Shown one piece after another: positions 24,071-35,670 of a stretch of DNA of 41,234 nucleotides. This DNA comes from Octopus bimaculoides (lineage: Eukaryota). Position 1 is the first letter of the stretch, and every line of letters begins with the position of its first letter. The notes beneath the pieces were generated by a model. That model had not been told where the DNA came from. It did not search any database and worked only from the letters and a program-made list of their open reading frames with translations. The stretch spans positions 19,851,040 to 19,892,273 of the forward strand of contig NC_068995.1 of NCBI RefSeq assembly GCF_001194135.2. The letters run 5' to 3'. The translations under genes were made by a program, and so were the position numbers.

Positions 24071-24399
24071 CAATAATAAATATCTCTGGGGCTATAAACA
24101 ACAGTAGCATCGTCCCCTATGGTTCAGCCACATTTAGGTAGCAGATATATTTCACGATATATATATATACAGTATCAGTTAGAGGTGTTAAGCCCTCTAA
24201 GGGATAGGAGTATCCAGTGGCACTCCTGGTAATTACCTCAGTAAATATGGTCCTTGGTATAATGTATACGGCAGCAGGTAATTTAAAAAGGTATATATTT
24301 ATATGTATATACATATACACACACACACACATACACACACACACATATATATATAGGTAATCATTGTATTGGGTATGTTGGTAACAGTTAGCCGATGAG

Positions 24400-24905
24400 C
24401 ACGTTCAGTACCTATGGTTACGTTATCCACGGTATTCGCACAATTGTCGTTGGATCTACCTAAGGAATTCTTCGGTGTTCGTTGAGTATATAATAAATGA
24501 TAGAGACAAAAACTTCATTGCTCACAACGATCGTTTCGACCCATTCTGCATCGATTCATCGTGGGTGGGATACTATACAACTGGTTGAGGGACAGATTCC
24601 GTTGCGATTTTATAGACATTTGCCTACATGGATTTAGTAGTAAATCAAAGACAGGGAGTAAATAACACCGCAAAGGAATCTGTCCCTCTCCGTTCCTGCC
24701 CAACGGCTTAGCCTACGGTCACTAACAATATGGTGTACGAATACAGTGCGAAACAAGGTTTGTATAACGAGATAACCCTTATAACAACACCTGACGAGAC
24801 GCTTCTGCACCTAGGGATGCAGCACAGCCAGTTGTTCAGTACCTCACCTGCTAGGGATTGATGCGGGATGAGTCGAAACGACCGGTGCGAGCAATAAAGT
24901 TTCTC
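24400..24905. mobile_element. Penelope/retrozyme-like repeat with inverted partial duplication
   Basis: 24400-24540 is homologous to 30855-31005. 24512-24584 and 24828-24900 are inverted copies (17 mismatches in 73 by eye) carrying GTC-GAA-ACGATCGT hammerhead halves followed by an AATAAA-like motif. Confidence 0.5.
24788..24891 (+). ncRNA. Degenerate type I hammerhead with 69-nt stem II insert
   Basis: cac-CTGACGA-GAC-(69 nt)-GA-GTC-GAA-acgaccgg-t-gcgag. The core boxes are intact but U16.1 is replaced by G. Confidence 0.5.
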
Positions 24906-25077
24906 ATATATTCAATTTTCTATCAGCTTTCAGTTGAATGCTAAATAATTCATTTATATATGTTGTTGTACTTGGGGATGGTCATATTGCCAGTTTAGCC
25001 AATAAAAACACACGCACTGTATATTTGGTGTTAATTTGCTTCAGCTTTATATTACATTAATCTTAATCTTATTTCGG

Positions 25078-25117
25078 CCAGAGTTCTTTCGTCACACTTC
25101 TGTGACCTCATCAGTGG
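25078..25117 (-). ncRNA. Minimal type I hammerhead ribozyme, core intact
   Basis: Minus strand cca-CTGATGA-g-gtcac(agaagt)gtgac-GAAA-g(aa)c-TC-tgg. Stem I 3 bp, stem II 5 bp, stem III 2 bp, CUC triplet, predicted cleavage between 25081 and 25080. Confidence 0.75.
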
Positions 25118-25174
25118 TCCTTTGTTTCCTTCCTTTTTATGTGTGTCTCACCTTGCTAAATATCAGCCATTTTG

Positions 25175-25210
<36 letters not shown>

Positions 25211-25306
25211 TTAAATAATGAGGGTAGAAATTGATATTTATCAATTAAAACAAATGGTTTAGCATATTTAAAAAATCCGAAGATTAAAAATTATATTACA
25301 TATAAT

Positions 25307-25427
25307 TTAAGAGGAATGACCACTAAAGTGGATTCCTAATATGCTAAAGATAGCGGTCAAATCGCCTTACCACGAAGAGTGTGTTCTCAGCATATTAGGA
25401 ATCCACTTTGGTGGTCATTCCTCTTAA
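25307..25427. repeat. 39-bp inverted repeat (hairpin, 43-nt loop)
   Basis: Arms 25307-25345 and 25389-25427 have one mismatch, a G-U wobble on the plus strand. Confidence 0.92.
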
Positions 25428-25453
25428 TTTGTATATATATATATATATATATG

Positions 25454-25500
<47 letters not shown>

Positions 25501-25699
25501 ATATATATTATATATATGTATGTACGTATGTATATATATTATATATATGCATATACATGTATATATAAATGAACTATTTAGCATTCAACTGAAAGCTTAT
25601 AGGTTTATTCAATGCTTTTAGTAAAATAAATATTCATTAATCTTTACAATGAAAACCTTCACAGTGACTTCGAAATTTCTCTCAAGTGTGTGAGCATGC

Positions 25700-25768
<69 letters not shown>

Positions 25769-26459
25769 CACCATTGATCTTCATTGCGTATGTGTGTTGT
25801 CTCTGTATATAAGTGTGTATATACATTTTCGTATCATTAATATTTGTACCTATGCGTGTACATGTGTACGCCTTTACACGTGTGTGTGAAAACTTTGTCT
25901 GAGATTTGAAAGCAGAGGATCGGTGGGAGAGAAATTAATACATCAAGGAGAAAGAAGGAGAGATAAAACTGCTTCAAAATCATAGCACTAAAGTTTTCTT
26001 ATACAACCAGAAGCAACCGGGCAAATAGCAAGTAATCGGATCAGGGCAAGGTAAAGGGTCGTGAGAAAAAGAGACAACGTGATGGTGGTAGTGGAAGGTG
26101 GCGCTGCTGGTAAAGAGGTTATATGTGGTGATGACGGTGATGGTAGTGACGGCGGTGGTAGCGACAGCGATGGGGGAGGGTGTATGTGTGTGTCGCGGAG
26201 ATAGGAGGGGATGAGGTTGAGACATATGTGATTTGTTTTCCGCAGCATCTCATTTCAAACGATCATAAAGGCACGAACGGACACCAGGCGTCGCTGTTAG
26301 TTGGTTGCCTGCTTGCTTCCGGTTGTGGGAGATCGTTTAATGAACGAGCGGAATAAATACGTTGTAGGCATCCACCAATTAATTTCCAAGAGAATTACGC
26401 GTACGTTGCATGGGTTTATTTCTGTATACGTTTACACATATACATGTGTGTGTTCGTGC

Positions 26460-26494
<35 letters not shown>

Positions 26495-27083
26495 AGATTC
26501 TATGCTTGTGTGTATCTCAATAAATCTGTCACGTGTTCAAATAAAGATCTTAAATTGTGTCTTCTAAGTAACCACACACACACACAAACACACACACACT
26601 CACACACAAACACACACACACTCACTCACATACATTCACACGCACATACACACATACGTATACACACACATATCCACACACGTATACGCATGCATACTTT
26701 ATTTAATCTGTAAAAGAGAACAAGACAGTCTGACATACCTGGTGTGTGGGCCTTTTTTATATCACAAACACGCCACCATCACCCACACACACATACACAC
26801 ACAGATATATGATTTTGTGCATGTGTGTATAACTATATATATACACACACACACAATCACACACATGTGTATATCTTAGTGTATGGATTTCTGTCGAGAT
26901 GCAATAAAATTATTTGAAATTAAACTGAAGAATTACTCAATACTTCTGCTAGAGTACATATTTATTATACTTTCATTGGAAGGGAGGTGCCAGTGACTTC
27001 GAAGTTGGATTTCTTTGGACAGCTCGACGAAGGTTAGCCAGCCGAGTCTTCAAAATCAGTATCATTCTAGTTCTTGTAAAAGT

Positions 27084-27120
<37 letters not shown>

Positions 27121-27386
27121 GTGTGTGTGTAGTGTATTAGATAAAGAATGCATTTGATAATGTATATATAATTTTAAAACAATTGTTCATTTGTGGATCA
27201 ATTCTAAACGAATTTAATTAATCACTATAAAATATAACCAGATTCGGTAGAGCACCGGCGCGGCAAATTCTTGCAGGATCTTAATTATTTCTATATATTG
27301 TGAGTTAAAGAGTTAGCAAGTTTGATTATGAGTATCACCCTTCAGGAATTATAAGAATGTAATCCTTGTTTAGTATGTAAATTGCC

Positions 27387-27735
27387 CTCCGTCGTTTGCG
27401 ACGACGAGGTTCCAGTTGATCCGATCAACGGAACAGTCCTCTCGTGAAATTAACGTGCAAATGGCTGAGCACTCTTAATGAACTTTCCAGAAAGAATCAA
27501 CGTGTCGCAGGTACAACACTGCTGTACTCTTTCACCACAACTTTCTCTCACTGTTTCTTTCTGTTTCTCTTGTGCCTGTATTTCAAAGGCCCAGCCTTGT
27601 CACACACTGAGAACTACGTTAAGGGTACACGCGTCTGTGGAGTGATCAGCCACTTATACATCAATTTCACGAGCAAGCTGTTCCGTGATCAGATCAACTG
27701 GAACCCTCGTCGTCGTAACCGACGGAGTGCCACGG
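27387..27735. mobile_element. SINE family 3 3' half (+) preceded by an inverted copy of its own 3' end
   Basis: 27387-27474 is the reverse complement of 27640-27727 (ccgtcg..gacgacga..gttccagttgat..ctcgtgaaatt..gtggctga..cactc). Confidence 0.8.
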
Positions 27736-27774
27736 CATTCTTATCAAACTTTGGTCAGTAATTTTAAAGGATGG

Positions 27775-27895
27775 TTAAATTCGGGATCAGTATTCAATTA
27801 GCAACTATTTTATCGAATCCGAAAAGTAAGTCGAACACAGCAAAATTTGAACTCAGAACATAAAGAGCCGGAAGAAATACCGCCAGCACTCTACA
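27775..27895 (-). mobile_element. SINE family 2 fragment
   Basis: tttatcgaatccgaaa..aaatttgaactcagaac..gaaataccgc. Confidence 0.65.
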
Positions 27896-28674
27896 TTTGT
27901 CTTGTATTGTAATTTTTTTTTAAATCAATATAATTTGTGATGTGATAAATAATACTGCATACATGTTCGTTAAATGACACCAGCGAAAAGGATGATATTT
28001 GCAAGTGGAGTTGCTATTTTTTTTTATTTACCCCCAGGAAATATTTGAATGAAGCGGCGTGTGATAAAAAATATATTTCCCGTTAATTCAAGAAATCTCA
28101 TTCTTAGTAAAATTACGAAATCTCATTTATGGCTACATATTCCGACTACATTGTTCTCCTTTTACATGATGGTAAAGGTATGATTTACTAACGATTTGGT
28201 TACTATTTCAAGCAGAGAGACCAAGTATGCAAAAAGCCCTTTCGTTGGCCCACAAGCAGAATTGTAAAACTAAAAGAAACATAAAATCAAAAGCAGATTC
28301 ATTTAACAGAATCAAAGGGCCTGCAATTACGCTAAGATTTCAAAGACGGCTTAAACGGCTTCAAATTACCTCAACACAAATAACCGTATTCACATTACTA
28401 AATCGCATTGGGTATTTGCGGCATAGTTACCAGTGAGGCGTGTACAATTCTCGATGGAATTATCTTATATGTAATTATTATACCTACTATAAAACGGAAA
28501 ACATATACTTGGCGTTCAGTTGTATATTAATGATTGAAATTAAGAAATAATATTATTTACACTATATATTACTGTTTACGCGTACATGTGTGTATGTGTG
28601 TGTACGTGTGTGTATGTGTGTGTGTACGTGTGTGTTAGCATGTGTATGTTCGTATTTATAAAGGTATTTATGTT

Positions 28675-28708
28675 ATGATGATGATGATGATGATGATGAT
28701 GATGGTGG

Positions 28709-28748
<40 letters not shown>
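28675..28748. repeat. (ATG)n microsatellite
   Basis: Direct observation. Confidence 0.96.
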
Positions 28749-28872
28749 AACAGCAACAATAATAATTCACTCTACATGTGAGGCAAGCACCTAGCTTTAA
28801 GTCAATTTGATAAGTATCACCAGTACACTTTGTGAAGATGAAAAATAATAAAGAACATTACGTGTGTGTGTT

Positions 28873-28932
<60 letters not shown>

Positions 28933-29125
28933 TAGTGTACTTGTATATGTATATCTGTGTGTGAGTGTTTCCAAAATTTATACATATGTGTTTCCAGTAG
29001 ATGTGTGTGTGTGTGTGTGTGTACCTGTATATGTATATTTGTGTGTGATCGTTTCCAAAATTTATGTATATGTCTTGTCAATGTATATATATATGTGTGT
29101 ATGTGTGTGTATGTGTGTGTGTGTA

Positions 29126-29156
<31 letters not shown>

Positions 29157-29497
29157 GTGTGTGTGTGTGTGTGTGTGTTAAAATTCGGCATCGTTTATGT
29201 GAAAACACCATTAATTAAAAGAGAAAAAAAAACGCAGGCAGAAAAGAGAAATACAAAAGAAAAAGCAACACAAAAACAAACAATATAAAAGCCATGTAAA
29301 TGTCACTAATAAAAATAAAAATAAAATGAAATTAAAAACAAAGCATACCTTAGGAAGCAAGTAGCGGAAGTTAATGAAACCTTTTTCTTCCTATTACGAA
29401 CCGTGAACGCTAATTACTTCGCTTGCTTTGCTGTATTTATAATGCTACTTAGAAATAGTAACTATTAGTGTGTGTATACACGTGTCTATATATGTTT

Positions 29498-29558
<61 letters not shown>

Positions 29559-29711
29559 TCAGTGGATATATATTAAGATTATATTGACATCTATTTCCCT
29601 AATTCTAAGCTTTTCATTTCTTTCTTTTCTTGTCTTTTTGGTTTTCGTTTTTCACGTTTTTTTTTTTCATTCCTGCTTTTGATCTTCGCAATCGTTATCA
29701 ACTTAGTTCAG

Positions 29712-29780
29712 TGACGCAAAGTTGCAGAGGAAGAAATATAATTATGAAACAATTGTTGTGGAAACAATATGTTCTTTTTG
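29712..29780 (+). CDS. Candidate 69-nt exon
   Basis: Long upstream pyrimidine tract, acceptor ttcag, donor TTG|gtaaga. Two frames are open (VTQSCRGRNIIMKQLLWKQYVLF or DAKLQRKKYNYETIVVETICSF). Confidence 0.25.
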
Positions 29781-30111
29781 GTAAGAATGGCAAATAGAAA
29801 GTTCTTAAGAGACTGAACTGAATGTAGGGTGGTATTAATTAGTTTATGCGTTCAAACCTTATCTACAGCCATTCTCTTTACTTTTCCAGCCTTGAAATTT
29901 TTTCTGTTCGATCCAGAGAAAAGTAGCGTTCGGGGATCTCTTTTCTATGGATTGAAGTTGTGTCAAGATTCGAAATCAGCTTAATGCTTTTCAGCACAAT
30001 ATGGGGACAGTTTTAGCATCCCTGCATTGAGTCCCACCAAAATGTGGTGGATAGGCTTTACTGATGAACTATAACACAGTCGAAGCATATTCGTTAATTT
30101 CAGTGAGACTG

Positions 30112-30113
<2 letters not shown>

Positions 30114-30201
<88 letters not shown>
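30114..30201. repeat. (CA)n microsatellite
   Basis: Direct observation. Confidence 0.97.
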
Positions 30202-30204
<3 letters not shown>

Positions 30205-30329
30205 CATACACACACAGAAATTCAAAGGAAAACACTCAAAGCACAATTTGAATTTGAATTGTTCAGAATTAAACAATCGAAACCCAAGGTCTACGATATA
30301 CATGCACATTTACATCTTTTAGCTTTTAT

Positions 30330-30742
30330 CTTTTACTTATTTCAGTCATTAGACCGCGGCCATGCTGGGGCACCGCCTAGAATTTTTCGTCGAATGACTC
30401 GACCTCAGAACTTATATCTTTAACCTGGTACTTATTTTAACGATCTCTTTTGACGAAATAACAAGTTAGGGGGACGCAAACACACCAACGCCGGTTGCCA
30501 AGCGTTTGTGGCGGACAGAGACACAAAGACGCTCGCGCGCGCACATACTCACACACATGCACACACACGCATACACACTCACACATATGACAGACTTCTT
30601 TCAGATTCCGTCTACCAAATCCACGCAAAAGGCTTTGGTCGCCATAGCAGAAGACACTCACCCAGGGTGCCACGTAGTGGGACTGAACCCTGGACCATGT
30701 GGCTGAGATGCATGCTTCTTACCCCACGGTCACACCTGTGTC
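30330..30742 (-). mobile_element. SINE family 1 copy, diverged
   Basis: ttcagtcattagaccgcggccatgctggggcaccgcc..gtctaccaaatccac..gggactgaaccctggaccatgtgg. Confidence 0.88.
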
Positions 30743-30985
30743 TATATGTATGTGTGTGAGTGTGTGTGTGTATTTGTGTATGTGTGTGTGTCTAATATTT
30801 TGGACTAATGAGTATATGTAAGCAAGTGTGTTGAGTAAAACACGTTCACAATCTAGGCTACCTGGTGTCATCCACGGTTGGGGCATATTTCCGCTGGATC
30901 TACGGCGGGAATTCTGCAGTGTTAGTTGAGATAATAATAATTAGTGAAGGAAATGGAAGATACATTTAGCACTGGTCTGTGTTCA

Positions 30986-31075
30986 GTATGACGATCGTTT
31001 CGACTCGTCCTGCAACTGTCCGTAATGGGTAGAAATTTGTGGATCAATCTGCGCAGTTTGTGTCACATCAGGTAC
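30986..31075 (-). ncRNA. Degenerate type I hammerhead with 55-nt stem II insert
   Basis: Minus strand gtac-CTGATGT-GAC-(55 nt)-GA-GTC-GAA-ACGATCGT-C-atac. Canonical GUC triplet and perfect palindromic stem III, but A9>U and one stem I mismatch. Confidence 0.5.
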
Positions 31076-31319
31076 ACGCATAAAGAAAGAGATGTCCGGC
31101 TAGATATACTGAGATGTCCTAGGCATATTGTTTGTGCCTGTTGTATTTTGGTTATGACCAGGTACAGTTGTCTGGGTATACAGCACAAAATTAAAGTCAT
31201 ACAATCATAAAATATAGAGAGTACATCCTGTCAAAGAAAGATAACATTTCGATTGACGGAGAGGGGTGTGCACTTATGGACATGAACACAAACTCACACA
31301 GGCGTATATGCACACACAA

Positions 31320-31414
<95 letters not shown>

Positions 31415-32530
31415 GACAAATACATACACATATACATACCCACGCCGTAAATTGAAATTATAGAAAAAAGAGAGTAAACCTGTCAAAGAAAGATTACATC
31501 AAGATTCACAGGTAAGAATCTACACTCATTTATAGAATCCTAATTATATACGAGAAGGCGTAATATTGCAATCGACAGATTGCTTTCATAAATATAACTC
31601 GAAAAACAACACAATTGCCAGATTGATCAGCTACTGATGCACTTCATTTCACTTCACTCTGTCGCTATGCTTTTCCTCCTATTTATTTCAGCTTTTATAA
31701 TCAATAATGGTCTCAAGGTCAGTTGATAGGTTCTGGCCACCAGTGAGATTTGTATCCATGAGGTATACGTGAAGTTAAAAACACAAAAGCCTGGAGAAAA
31801 TAATAGTATTATGTAACTCGTCCAAAGCTCTAAAAGTTCCGCCAATTCCGTGGTATTTATTTAAAGGATGACTAACAAAACTGACATTAGTGGGATTTGA
31901 AACCGAAATACAGAAACTTGGAAAGCCAATACCAGATCATTTATTTCTTAAGCGTGAAAGGATGAAAAACAAAGCTGGCATTGGCATTGGTGGCATTTGA
32001 AATATAAACACCTCCCGCAAAAACAAAATTTTGGATAGGTAGACCCAGATGCACTGAGGAACCACCAATTAGCCGTCTTCCTTAAAGTACCTTACATTTA
32101 CTTACTTGTCCACTCATTTATGTTCGCTTACCATCAGCTATCGATGATTTAATCGGATAGTAAATTAATCTATATGTGAATCTGTTCTTTCAATCCACAA
32201 TGAAGGTAATCAATTAACTCTTCAATCTATCAGAAAGGTAGCCAACAGTGAATTCATTAAAATTTGGGGGCTAATATTAGAAAATTACACAATGACTGTC
32301 CAAAATGTATCTATTTTAACTCAATTCTCTTCCATCATAGAATTATAAAATTAATCGATCGAAGAGAAAAATTCGCTCGGGGTCCGGATCATGTATAAGT
32401 GAATGCGTGGCGTTTAATCATATAATAATATAAATATTATATATATATATATATATATTATTTATATAAATTTAGAGGGATTTAGAAATAACAATATTTC
32501 TATATATATATGCATATATATATTTTTTAA

Positions 32531-32600
<70 letters not shown>

Positions 32601-34689
32601 CACAGAAGTAGCACTGAATTTGAATCAGACAGTTCTGATCAATACATGAAACCCCCAATAAATGTGTTGCGTACCCCTCTTCCATTTGTCCACTCACTCG
32701 TATTATGCAAACCTATGCATATGCATCTCTGTGTCTGTGTGTATACATACACACGCGCGCGTGCATTTTATCATCTGAGTATAAACCTTATAATGTGATT
32801 TCCTTCCCCGTGTGTCGGCTAGTAAATGCTACCATACAGTGGGATTTCTGTCAATGGGATATATCTGAGGGAATCCTTAAATATCCGCAGAGTATATGCC
32901 AAGTATATTGATACAAGAAGATGGATTAAATAGCCGATTCAATCCATCTTCTTGTATTAATCTATACATATAAATTTGACATGGGCGATTCTTTCTTGCA
33001 TGTATACGTGTATGCATATGTCGATAAGGGAGATAGAAATAAATAAACACATAAGTGATGAAAGAAAGGGAATTTGCAAATATTTTGTTTCTCTACGACA
33101 GCTTCCCTGTTTGTTCGACTTATGTATATGTATGTGTGTACATACTTTTTTACGTAGCAATGGTTATGTGTACGTGTATACACATGCACATGCAAATTGC
33201 CATTCCATGTCATTCTTACTAAGTTTTCTACGTGTGTTGGTTGTCTATAAATGTAATGCAATATTTCTAACAGCTAACTTATACATATAAAAAGAAGCAT
33301 ATGTATGTGTATAGCGTTTTGTGTATCTGTGTGTGTGTGTGTATGTGTGTGTGTTTGTGTATGCGAATGGGAATTTGTACAAGAGCGCGTAAGTGTATGA
33401 ATGTGTTCATACGTAAGGTGGGGGAAAAGCGATAATTAAAGGTGAATAGCTTAGATAAGCTGATGGCTATACACCAGTAGTTAAACGATTGTTTATAAAT
33501 GCCTATTTAAGGTGTATATGTCTAGACCTACATGTGTGCGCATGTCTGGACATATATATGTGTGTATGTATGTATGTGTGTGTGTATGTGTATATGTGTA
33601 TGTGTGTGTGTGCATATATACATATAAAAATGGATTTTGTGTGAATGTGGGTACACATGACGCGCGCACACATATACACGTATGCATTAATATGTACCAT
33701 ACATATAGACACACAGACTCATGTAAAGTGATCTAAGTAGGAAATGAAACCGCAATAAAACGTCCCGAGAGAATAGGATGTGGCTGAAAGTAAATCCAAT
33801 TTAATTACACGCGGTAGCCATCACAAACACAACGTGATACTAGTAATTCTCATTACAAATTTCCCATCACTATAGAACGGATTTTAGAGCGTAGATTGAA
33901 CTTACAGTTTAAGATAGCTAGCAATTATTCATTCTGCTGTTAATTTATTTGAATAGAATACTTTACCCTCACATTCATTTCTTCATTCATTAGAATGGGA
34001 TTTTCATTTTCTTGAACTGTCTAACCCCAGTGTGTTGGTCACATGATATTTTAATGACTCTAAGACACTGACTCAATGACGTCCGATAAAACTGATTTCT
34101 TTCTCTCTCTCTTTCTCTCAAGCTTTCTGTCTTTCGATTATTTCTTTAACGATTAATACATTAATATATAACAGAGGATGCCAACACTGTAGAGTTGGGT
34201 TAAGTCTCCGGATGGTTGAACGAACTTTAATCATCTCGCCACATCTATTCCTCATGCAAGCACTTTCCAGTTATAAGCAATGGCATGGGGACCAATTGAC
34301 TTTATATTTGCCAGCGGCTCTTTACGTACATTTTGATAAATTCCTTATCGGTTATCCAATGACAGTATTTATTTATTTATTTACTTATTTATTTTTCTAT
34401 TTATTTATTTATTATAACCTAGTCCGACAAGGTAAAATGCATAGTACCCATGACCTCTTTTCAGGCATCGGGCATTGGCAGAAGGAAATTATCCTCAGAC
34501 CAGAAATCTGACCCGACTGCTTCCAACGGAATGAACTCTGTTAAAGGCGCCCATAGGCAAGAGGGTCTGTTGAACGGGGTGACCGATTACGACTCCTTCC
34601 AATACTCGCTATTGTAACTTCTGTGTGTGCATGCGTGCGCGCGCGCGTAACAAAAATGAAATCTGGAAAATTTGGGAATATTTATTCGG

Positions 34690-34831
34690 CATTACACATG
34701 TTTCATTTGCTAATAAGAATTACAAAATAATACATGTTGGATAAACATATGTAAGAAATGTCCTATTAGAAATTCCTATTCTTACATGTACAATTTTGTA
34801 ATTCCTATAAGCAAATGAAACATGTGTAATG
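34690..34831. repeat. 142-bp fold-back (palindromic MITE-like hairpin)
   Basis: cattacacatgtttcatttgct pairs perfectly (22 bp) with agcaaatgaaacatgtgtaatg. Pairing continues inward with a few mismatches and a 15-nt bulge. Confidence 0.88.
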
Positions 34832-35670
34832 GTGAAGAAATTATATTCAGAAAATTTCTAGTTCCCTGTTTTGTTATATAATAACTCTGCTAACAATATT
34901 TCCAGACTTTTCAAATCTCAAATGTACCTCACATCAATACAACAATGACAACAACTACATACTGGATTGGAATACTGGAATAAGCAGCTGTCCTTCGAGA
35001 GGTTGTATTTTCCGAGTTGAGGCGGCTCAAACTCTACGACACGCGGAGACAAATGCAGCGAGCAGTGGTGGCGCAATGCGACAACAAAGTCACATTTCAA
35101 ACTTTGGTAGGACACACGACGGGTGCATGCTAATCGATATCAAGCAAATACTTGCAGCTCTTCATTAACGCTTTGCTTGACCGTTCAGGATGAGTGGGAG
35201 CTCAAAATGCACAATGGATTCCAGGGCTTATCTCGATGGCTTAACACGACGACCTACCTCGACTCTCGATAAAAGAGACAGGGTGTTGTAAAAAGCTGCT
35301 AATAGCCGGGGGAAACAGGAAGTATTGGTCATTTTTGTATAATCTTTACAATAAACGCTTGAGGTATTTTGAAATTAGATAAATTTTCTTCAAATTCTTA
35401 CTTATGAAAAAATACAAAATTTTTTAAAGCAATTTTATATATGATGTCATTCGTCTTTAATTATCACAGGTATTGTTGTATAGAAACAGATCATTCATTA
35501 GCAAATAGTCCTGTGGCCAAAGGCGTTCCAATCGTGGCGTTCCCTCTTTTTTATGCACCAATATTTGTTTACCTTTTGTAATGCAGTTGTGTATGCTACA
35601 ATCAAATGGTAACTCATTGCTAAAGCAAATTTATACATTATTAAAAACAAATTAGATTTATAAATTCGGA

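Noticed and set aside
24178-24200. Twister ribozyme (GG-UGUU-AAG-CCC loop resembles P4)
   Set aside because: No UAA cleavage segment, P1/P2 or pseudoknot partner could be found.
25980-26248. Thr/Pro/His-rich minus-strand ORFs
   Set aside because: Derived from a degenerate (GGT/GAT)n low-complexity tract.
32420-32600. AT-rich palindrome as a specific structure
   Set aside because: Self-complementarity is a trivial result of (TA)n low complexity.
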